This document shows positions 1 through 9,549 of a stretch of 64,000 bases of DNA, piece after piece (position 1 is the first letter of the stretch; each line of letters begins with the position of its first letter). The DNA lies in the NCBI GenBank assembly GCA_964016885.1, contig OZ024743.1, forward strand, positions 211,730,001 through 211,794,000. The letters run 5' to 3'. The DNA comes from Eledone cirrhosa (taxonomy: Eukaryota). The notes below the pieces were generated by a model that was given only the letters and a program-made list of their open reading frames with translations, did not search any database and was not told where the DNA came from. Made by a program: the position numbers and the translations under genes.

Positions 1-237
1 CAGCCACAACTATTGATTTTAAGGAGATATCTTGCTGAAATTCACGCCACACATAGCCAATGAGTGTCTGCACATGTACCAGTAATTACAGATGGATCCC
101 ACCACGGGCGGCCGGCCCGCGATTGAAAAGGTTACTCCGCCTGCAAATCGTCATTTTCGGATTCGTTTTCTTCGAAGCACACCATTCGCCGGCGGACTTC
201 AGCTGCCTCATTTAGCATGAGCAGTTTTTCTTGAAGA

Positions 238-433
238 TCACACCACACACAGCCAATGAGTGTCTGCACATGTACCAGTAATTACAGATGGATCCCACCA
301 CGGGCGGCCGGCCCACAATCGAAAAGGTAACTCCGCCGGCAAATCGTCATTTTCGGATTCGTTTTCTTCGAAGCACACCATTCGCCGGCGGACTTCAGCT
401 GCCTCATTTAGCATGGGCAGTTTTTCTTGAAGA
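238..433 (+). repeat. Exemplar class A196 monomer (H-M1-GACTT-T1; CATTTTCGGATTC, tail TTTTTCTTGAAGA)
   Basis: Successive head starts at 238 and 434 are 196 bp apart. Most copies carry the linked variants GATGGATCCC / CACAATCG / GGTTACTCCGCCTGC; this copy has the first two. Confidence 0.95.
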
Positions 434-633
434 TCACACCACACACAGCCAATGAGTGTCTGCACATGTACCAGTAATTAGAGATCGATCCGACCACGGG
501 CGGCCGGCCCACGATCGAGAAAAAGGTAACTCCGCCGGCAAATCGTCATTTTTGTGATCCGTTTTCTTCGAAGCACACCATTCGCCGCCGGACTTCAGCT
601 GCCTCATTTAGGATGGGCAGTTTTTTTTGAAAA
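434..633 (+). repeat. Exemplar class A200 monomer (ATTAGAG, CACGATCGAGAAAAAGG, TTTTTGTGATCC, T8 tail)
   Basis: Heads at 434 and 634 are 200 bp apart. It has a +3 bp insertion in GAGAAAAAGG and +1 bp in TTTTTGTG relative to A196. Confidence 0.95.
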
Positions 634-830
634 TCACACCACACACAACCAATGTGTGTCTGCACATGTACCAGTAATTACAGATCGATCCGACCACGGG
701 CGGCCGGCCCGCGATTGAAAAGGTAACTCCGCCGGCAAATCGTCATTTTTGTGATTCGTTTTCTTCGAAGCACACCATTCGCCGCCGGACTTCAGCTGCC
801 TCATTTAGCATGGGCAGTTTTTTTTGAAAA
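634..830 (+). repeat. Exemplar class A197 monomer (CGCGATTGAAAAGG, TTTTTGTGATTC, T8 tail)
   Basis: Heads at 634 and 831 are 197 bp apart. It usually lies between A200 and C. Confidence 0.95.
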
Positions 831-998
831 TCACACCACACACAACCAATGTGTGTCTGCACATGTACCAGTAATTACAGATCGATCCCACCACGAGTTC
901 AATGTAAACTAACTTACGCTCAACGACTTTGTTGACGTTTAACACGGTTTGGTTCCACAGCCACAACTATTGATTTTAAGGAGATATCTTGCTGAAAT
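831..998 (+). repeat. Exemplar class C168 monomer (H-M2-GACTT-T2)
   Basis: Head 831-895, M2 AGTTCAATGTAAACTAACTTACGCTCAAC 896-924, GACTT 925-929 and T2 930-998 sum to 168 bp. It ends each block. Confidence 0.95.
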
Positions 999-1225
999 TC
1001 ACGCCACACATAGCCAATGAGTGTCTGCACATGTACCAGTAATTACAGATCGATGCGACCAGGGGCGGCCGGCCCGCGATTGAAAAGGTAACTCCGCCGG
1101 CAAATCGTCATTTTTGGATTCGTTTTCTTCGAAGCACACCATTCGCCGGCGGACTTTGTTGACGTTTAACACGGTTTGGTTCCACAGCCACAACTATTGA
1201 TTTTAAGGAGATATCTTGCTGAAAT
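999..1225 (+). repeat. Exemplar class B227 monomer (H-M1-GACTT-T2); a 228-bp variant also occurs, e.g. 1818-2045
   Basis: Heads at 999 and 1226 are 227 bp apart. The 5' part matches class A up to GGACTT and the 3' part matches the class C tail TGTTGACG...GCTGAAAT. Confidence 0.95.
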
Positions 1226-2781
1226 TCACGCCACACATAGCCAATGAGTGTCTGCACATTTACCAGTAATTACAGATCGATCCGACCACGGGCGGCCGGC
1301 CCGCGATTGAAAAGGTAACTCCGCCGGCAAATCGTCATTTTCGGATTCGTTTTCTTCGAAGCACACCATTCGCCGGCGGACTTCAGCTGCCTCATTTAGC
1401 ATGGGCAGTTTTTCTTGAAGATCACACCACACACAGCCAATGAGTGTCTGCACATGTACCAGTAATTACAGATGGATCCCACCACGGGCGGCCGGCCCAC
1501 AATCGAAAAGGTTACTCCGCCTGCAAATCGTCATTTTCGGATTCGTTTTCTTCGAAGCACACCATTCGCCGGCGGACTTCAGCTGCCTCATTTAGCATGG
1601 GCAGTTTTTCTTGAAGATCACACCACACACAGCCAATGAGTGTCTGCACATGTACCAGTAATTAGAGATCGATCCGACCACGGGCGGCCGGCCCACGATC
1701 GAGAAAAAGGTAACTCCGCCGGCAAATCGTCATTTTTGTGATCCGTTTTCTTCGAAGCACACCATTCGCTGCCGGACTTCAGCTGCCTCATTTAGCATGG
1801 GCAGTTTTTTTTGAAAATCACACCACACACAACCAATGTGTGTCTGCACATGTACCAGTAATTACAGATCGATCCGACCAGGGGCGGCCAGCCCGCGATT
1901 GAAAAGGTAACTCCGCCGGCAAATCGTCATTTTTGTGATTCGTTTTCTTCGAAGCACACCATTCGCCGGCGGACTTTGTTGACGTTTAACACGGTTTGGT
2001 TCCACAGCCACAACTATTGATTTTAAGGAGATATCTTGCTGAAATTCACGCCACACATAGCCAATGAGTGTCTGCACATGTACCAGTAATTACAGATGGA
2101 TCCCACCACGGGCGGCCGGCCCGCGATTGAAAAGGTTACTCCGCCTGCAAATCGTCATTTTCGGATTCGTTTTCTTCGAAGCACACCATTCGCCGGCGGA
2201 CTTCAGCTGCCTCATTTAGCATGGGCAGTTTTTCTTGAAGATCACACCACACACAGCCAATGAGTGTCTGCACATGTACCAGTAATTACAGATGGATCCC
2301 ACCACGGGCGGCCGGCCCACAATCGAAAAGGTTACTCCGCCTGCAAATCGTCATTTTCGGATTCGTTTTCTTCGAAGCACACCATTCGCCGGCGGACTTC
2401 AGCTGCCTCATTTAGCATGGGCAGTTTTTCTTGAAGATCACACCACACACAGCCAATGAGTGTCTGCACATGTACCAGTAATTAGAGATCGATCCGACCA
2501 CGGGCGGCCGGCCCACGATCGAGAAAAAGGTAACTCCGCCGGCAAATCGTCATTTTTGTGATCCGTTTTCTTCGAAGCACACCATTCGCCGCCGGACTTC
2601 AGCTGCCTCATTTAGGATGGGCAGTTTTTTTTGAAAATCACACCACACACAACCAATGTGTGTCTGCACATGTACCAGTAATTACAGATCGATCCGACCA
2701 CGGGCGGCCGGCCCGCGATTGAAAAGGTAACTCCGCCGGCAAATCGTCATTTTTGTGATTCGTTTTCTTCGAAGCACACCA

Positions 2782-5700
2782 TTCGCCGCCGGACTTCAGC
2801 TGCCTCATTTAGCATGGGCAGTTTTTTTTGAAAATCACACCACACACAACCAATGTGTGTCTGCACATGTACCAGTAATTACAGATCGATCCCACCACGA
2901 GTTCAATGTAAACTAACTTACGCTCAACGACTTTGTTGACGTTTAACACGGTTTGGTTCCACAGCCACAACTATTGATTTTAAGGAGATATCTTGCTGAA
3001 ATTCACGCCACACATAGCCAATGAGTGTCTGCACATGTACCAGTAATTACAGATCGATGCGACCAGGGGCGGCCGGCCCGCGATTGAAAAGGTAACTCCG
3101 CCGGCAAATCGTCATTTTTGGATTCGTTTTCTTCGAAGCACACCATTCGCCGGCGGACTTTGTTGACGTTTAACACGGTTTGGTTCCACAGCCACAACTA
3201 TTGATTTTAAGGAGATATCTTGCTGAAATTCACGCCACACATAGCCAATGAGTGTCTGCACATTTACCAGTAATTACAGATCGATCCAACCACGGACGGC
3301 CGGCCCGCGATTGAAAAGGTAACTCCGCCGGCAAATCGTCATTTTTGTGATCCGTTTTCTTCGAAGCACACCATTCGCCGGCGGACTTCAGCTGCCTCAT
3401 TTAGCATGGGCAGTTTTTCTTGAAGATCACACCACACACAGCCAATGAGTGTCTGCACATGTACCAGTAATTAGAGATCGATCCGACCACGGGCGGCCGG
3501 CCCACGATCGAGAAAAAGGTAACTCCGCCGGCAAATCGTCATTTTTGTGATCCGTTTTCTTCGAAGCACACCATTCGCCGCCGGACTTCAGCTGCCTCAT
3601 TTAGCATGGGCAGTTTTTTTTGAAAATCACACCACACACAACCAATGTGTGTCTAAACATGTACCAGTAATTACAGATCGATCCGACCACGGGCGGCCGG
3701 CCCGCGATTGAAAAGGTAACTCCGCCGGCAAATCGTCATTTTTGTGATTCGTTTTCTTCGAAGCACACCATTCGCCGCCGGACTTCAGCTGCCTCATTTA
3801 GCATGGGCAGTTTTTCTTGAAGATCACACCACACACAGCCAATGAGTGTCTGCACATGTACCAGTAATTAGAGATCGATCCGACCACGGGCGGCCGGCCC
3901 ACGATCGAGAAAAAGGTAACTCCGCCGGCAAATCGTCATTTTTGTGATCCGTTTTCTTCGAAGCACACCATTCGCCGCCGGACTTCAGCTGCCTCATTTA
4001 GGATGGGCAGTTTTTTTTGAAAATCACACCACACACAACCAATGTGTGTCTGCACATGTACCAGTAATTACAGATCGATCCCACCACGAGTTCAATGTAA
4101 ACTAACTTACGCTCAACGACTTTGTTGACGTTTAACACGGTTTGGTTCCACAGCCACAACTATTGATTTTAAGGAGATATCTTGCTGAAATTCACGCCAC
4201 ACATAGCCAATGAGTGTCTGCACATGTACCAGTAATTACAGATCGATGCGACCAGGGGCGGCCGGCCCGCGATTGAAAAGGTAACTCCGCCGGCAAATCG
4301 TCATTTTTGGATTCGTTTTCTTCGAAGCACACCATTCGCCGGCGGACTTTGTTGACGTTTAACACGGTTTGGTTCCACAGCCACAACTATTGATTTTAAG
4401 GAGATATCTTGCTGAAATTCACGCCACGCATAGCCAATGAGTGTCTGCACATTTACCAGTAATTACAGATCGATCCGACCACGGGCGGCCGGCCCGCGAT
4501 TGAAAAGGTAACTCCGCCGGCAAATCGTCATTTTTGTGATCCGTTTTCTTCGAAGCACACCATTCGCCGCCGGACTTCAGCTGCCTCATTTAGCATGGGC
4601 AGTTTTTTTTGAAAATCACACCACACACAACCAATGTGTGTCTGCACATGTACCAGTAATTACAGATCGATCCCACCACGGGCGGCCGGCCCACAATCGA
4701 AAAGGTTACTCCGCCTGCAAATCGTCATTTTCGGATTCGTTTTCTTCGAAGCACACCATTCGCCGGCGGACTTCAGCTGCCTCATTTAGCATGGGCAGTT
4801 TTTCTTGAAGATCACACCACACACAGCCAATGAGTGTCTGCACATGTACCAGTAATTAGAGATCGATCCGACCACGGGCGGCCGGCCCACGATCGAGAAA
4901 AAGGTAACTCCGCCGGCAAATCGTCATTTTTGTGATCCGTTTTCTTCGAAGCACACCATTCGCCGCCGGACTTCAGCTGCCTCATTTAGCATGGGCAGTT
5001 TTTTTTGAAAATCACACCACACACAACCAATGTGTGTCTAAACATGTACCAGTAATTACAGATCGATCCGACCACGGGCGGCCGGCCCGCGATTGAAAAG
5101 GTAACTCCGCCGGCAAATCGTCATTTTTGTGATTCGTTTTCTTCGAAGCACACCATTCGCCGCCGGACTTCAGCTGCCTCATTTAGCATGGGCAGTTTTT
5201 TTTGAAAATCACACCACACACAACCAATGTGTGTCTGCACATGTACCAGTAATTACAGATCGATCCCACCACGAGTTCAATGTAAACAAACTTACGCTCA
5301 ACGACTTTGTTGACGTTTAACACGGTTTGGTTCCACAGCCACAACTATTGATTTTACGGAGATATCTTGCTGAAATTCACGCCACACATAGCCAATGAGT
5401 GTCTGCACATGTACCAGTAATTACAGATCGATCCGACCAGGGGCGGCCGGCCCGCGATTGAAAAGGTAACTCCGCCGGCAAATCGTCATTTTCGGATTCG
5501 TTTTCTTCGAAGCACACCATTCGCCGGCGGACTTCAGCTGCCTCATTTAGCATGGGCAGTTTTTCTTGAAGATCACACCACACACAGCCAATGAGTGTCT
5601 GCACATGTACCAGTAATTACAGATGGATCCCACCACGGGCGGCCGGCCCACAATCGAAAAGGTTACTCCGCCTGCAAATCGTCATTTTCGGATTCGTTTT

Positions 5701-8700
5701 CTTCGAAGCACACCATTCGCCGGCGGACTTCAGCTGCCTCATTTAGCATGGGCAGTTTTTCTTGAAGATCACACCACACACAGCCAATGAGTGTCTGCAC
5801 ATGTACCAGTAATTAGAGATCGATCCGACCACGGGCGGCCGGCCCGCGATTGAAAAGGTAACTCCGCCGGCAAATCGTCATTTTTGTGATTCGTTTTCTT
5901 CGAAGCACACCTTTCGCCGCCGGACTTCAGCTGCCTCATTTAGCATGGGCAGTTTTTTTTGAAAATCACACCACACACAACCAATGTGTGTCTGCACATG
6001 TACCAGTAATTACAGATCGATCCCACCACGAGTTCAATGTAAACTAACTTACGCTCAACGACTTTGTTGACGTTTAACACGGTTTGGTTCCACAGCCACA
6101 ACTATTGATTTTAAGGAGATATCTTGCTGAAATTCACGCCACACATAGCCAATGAGTGTCTGCACATGTACCAGTAATTACAGATCGATGCGACCAGGGG
6201 CGGCCGGCCCGCGATTGAAAAGGTAACTCCGCCGGCAAATCGTCATTTTTGGATTCGTTTTCTTCGAAGCACACCATTCGCCGGCGGACTTTGTTGACGT
6301 TTAACACGGTTTGGTTCCACAGCCACAACTATTGATTTTAAGGAGATATCTTGCTGAAATTCACGCCACACATAGCCAATGAGTGTCTGCACATTTACCA
6401 GTAATTACAGATCGATCCAACCACGGACGGCCGGCCCGCGATTGAAAAGGTAACTCCGCCGGCAAATCGTCATTTTTGTGATCCGTTTTCTTCGAAGCAC
6501 ACCATTCGCCGGCGGACTTCAGCTGCCTCATTTAGCATGGGCAGTTTTTCTTGAAGATCACACCACACACAGCCAATGAGTGTCTGCACATGTACCAGTA
6601 ATTAGAGATCGATCCGACCACGGGCGGCCGGCCCACGATCGAGAAAAAGGTAACTCCGCCGGCAAATCGTCATTTTTGTGATCCGTTTTCTTCGAAGCAC
6701 ACCATTCGCCGCCGGACTTCAGCTGCCTCATTTAGCATGGGCAGTTTTTTTTGAAAATCACACCACACACAACCAATGTGTGTCTAAACATGTACCAGTA
6801 ATTACAGATCGATCCGACCACGGGCGGCCGGCCCGCGATTGAAAAGGTAACTCCGCCGGCAAATCGTCATTTTTGTGATTCGTTTTCTTCGAAGCACACC
6901 ATTCGCCGCCGGACTTCAGCTGCCTCATTTAGCATGGGCAGTTTTTCTTGAAGATCACACCACACACAGCCAATGAGTGTCTGCACATGTACCAGTAATT
7001 AGAGATCGATCCGACCACGGGCGGCCGGCCCACGATCGAGAAAAAGGTAACTCCGCCGGCAAATCGTCATTTTTGTGATCCGTTTTCTTCGAAGCACACC
7101 ATTCGCCGCCGGACTTCAGCTGCCTCATTTAGGATGGGCAGTTTTTTTTGAAAATCACACCACACACAACCAATGTGTGTCTGCACATGTACCAGTAATT
7201 ACAGATCGATCCCACCACGAGTTCAATGTAAACTAACTTACGCTCAACGACTTTGTTGACGTTTAACACGGTTTGGTTCCACAGCCACAACTATTGATTT
7301 TAAGGAGATATCTTGCTGAAATTCACGCCACACATAGCCAATGAGTGTCTGCACATGTACCAGTAATTACAGATCGATGCGACCAGGGGCGGCCGGCCCG
7401 CGATTGAAAAGGTAACTCCGCCGGCAAATCGTCATTTTTGGATTCGTTTTCTTCGAAGCACACCATTCGCCGGCGGACTTTGTTGACGTTTAACACGGTT
7501 TGGTTCCACAGCCACAACTATTGATTTTAAGGAGATATCTTGCTGAAATTCACGCCACGCATAGCCAATGAGTGTCTGCACATTTACCAGTAATTACAGA
7601 TCGATCCGACCACGGGCGGCCGGCCCGCGATTGAAAAGGTAACTCCGCCGGCAAATCGTCATTTTTGTGATCCGTTTTCTTCGAAGCACACCATTCGCCG
7701 CCGGACTTCAGCTGCCTCATTTAGCATGGGCAGTTTTTTTTGAAAATCACACCACACACAACCAATGTGTGTCTGCACATGTACCAGTAATTACAGATCG
7801 ATCCCACCACGGGCGGCCGGCCCACAATCGAAAAGGTTACTCCGCCTGCAAATCGTCATTTTCGGATTCGTTTTCTTCGAAGCACACCATTCGCCGGCGG
7901 ACTTCAGCTGCCTCATTTAGCATGGGCAGTTTTTCTTGAAGATCACACCACACACAGCCAATGAGTGTCTGCACATGTACCAGTAATTAGAGATCGATCC
8001 GACCACGGGCGGCCGGCCCACGATCGAGAAAAAGGTAACTCCGCCGGCAAATCGTCATTTTTGTGATCCGTTTTCTTCGAAGCACACCATTCGCCGCCGG
8101 ACTTCAGCTGCCTCATTTAGCATGGGCAGTTTTTTTTGAAAATCACACCACACACAACCAATGTGTGTCTAAACATGTACCAGTAATTACAGATCGATCC
8201 GACCACGGGCGGCCGGCCCGCGATTGAAAAGGTAACTCCGCCGGCAAATCGTCATTTTTGTGATTCGTTTTCTTCGAAGCACACCATTCGCCGCCGGACT
8301 TCAGCTGCCTCATTTAGCATGGGCAGTTTTTTTTGAAAATCACACCACACACAACCAATGTGTGTCTGCACATGTACCAGTAATTACAGATCGATCCCAC
8401 CACGAGTTCAATGTAAACAAACTTACGCTCAACGACTTTGTTGACGTTTAACACGGTTTGGTTCCACAGCCACAACTATTGATTTTACGGAGATATCTTG
8501 CTGAAATTCACGCCACACATAGCCAATGAGTGTCTGCACATGTACCAGTAATTACAGATCGATCCGACCAGGGGCGGCCGGCCCGCGATTGAAAAGGTAA
8601 CTCCGCCGGCAAATCGTCATTTTCGGATTCGTTTTCTTCGAAGCACACCATTCGCCGGCGGACTTCAGCTGCCTCATTTAGCATGGGCAGTTTTTCTTGA

Positions 8701-9549
8701 AGATCACACCACACACAGCCAATGAGTGTCTGCACATGTACCAGTAATTACAGATGGATCCCACCACGGGCGGCCGGCCCACAATCGAAAAGGTTACTCC
8801 GCCTGCAAATCGTCATTTTCGGATTCGTTTTCTTCGAAGCACACCATTCGCCGGCGGACTTCAGCTGCCTCATTTAGCATGGGCAGTTTTTCTTGAAGAT
8901 CACACCACACACAGCCAATGAGTGTCTGCACATGTACCAGTAATTAGAGATCGATCCGACCACGGGCGGCCGGCCCGCGATTGAAAAGGTAACTCCGCCG
9001 GCAAATCGTCATTTTTGTGATTCGTTTTCTTCGAAGCACACCTTTCGCCGCCGGACTTCAGCTGCCTCATTTAGCATGGGCAGTTTTTTTTGAAAATCAC
9101 ACCACACACAACCAATGTGTGTCTGCACATGTACCAGTAATTACAGATCGATCCCACCACGAGTTCAATGTAAACTAACTTACGCTCAACGACTTTGTTG
9201 ACGTTTAACACGGTTTGGTTCCACAGCCACAACTATTGATTTTAAGGAGATATCTTGCTGAAATTCACGCCACACATAGCCAATGAGTGTCTGCACATGT
9301 ACCAGTAATTACAGATCGATGCGACCAGGGGCGGCCGGCCCGCGATTGAAAAGGTAACTCCGCCGGCAAATCGTCATTTTTGGATTCGTTTTCTTCGAAG
9401 CACACCATTCGCCGGCGGACTTTGTTGACGTTTAACACGGTTTGGTTCCACAGCCACAACTATTGATTTTAAGGAGATATCTTGCTGAAATTCACGCCAC
9501 ACATAGCCAATGAGTGTCTGCACATTTACCAGTAATTACAGATCGATCC
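2782..9549 (+). repeat. 3131-bp 16-monomer higher-order repeat, ~2.2 copies (blocks 1189+1185+757 bp)
   Basis: ORF offsets 3003/6134/9265, 4192/7323, 4536/7667 and 5377/8508 are all 3131. Private variants CCACGCATAG, CACCTTTCG and ATCCAACC recur at this offset. The unit repeats again at 32318/35449/38580. Confidence 0.9.

Noticed and set aside
17-85. TTTTAAGGAGATAT resembles the T7 gene 10/pET ribosome-binding site, followed by TTG
   Set aside because: It would give only a 17-codon ORF, the C2 allele (TTTTACGGAG) disrupts it, and there is no other vector or phage sequence. This is a chance match.
42-237. Identity with known satellites of similar size (Trypanosoma cruzi 195-bp, primate alpha 171-bp, Arabidopsis CEN178) or with tandem 5S/tRNA/SL RNA genes
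   Set aside because: I recognise no sequence similarity to these from memory and see no Pol III internal promoter or cloverleaf. A BLAST, Dfam or Rfam search is needed to assign a family.
300-433. Satellite-encoded ribozyme (hammerhead or HDV-like): GGCCGGC on +, GGCGAATGG and CTAAATGAG on -
   Set aside because: There is no CUGANGA...GAAA hammerhead core, and I could not build the HDV P1/P2/P3 pairings by eye. An Infernal or RNArobo search would settle it.
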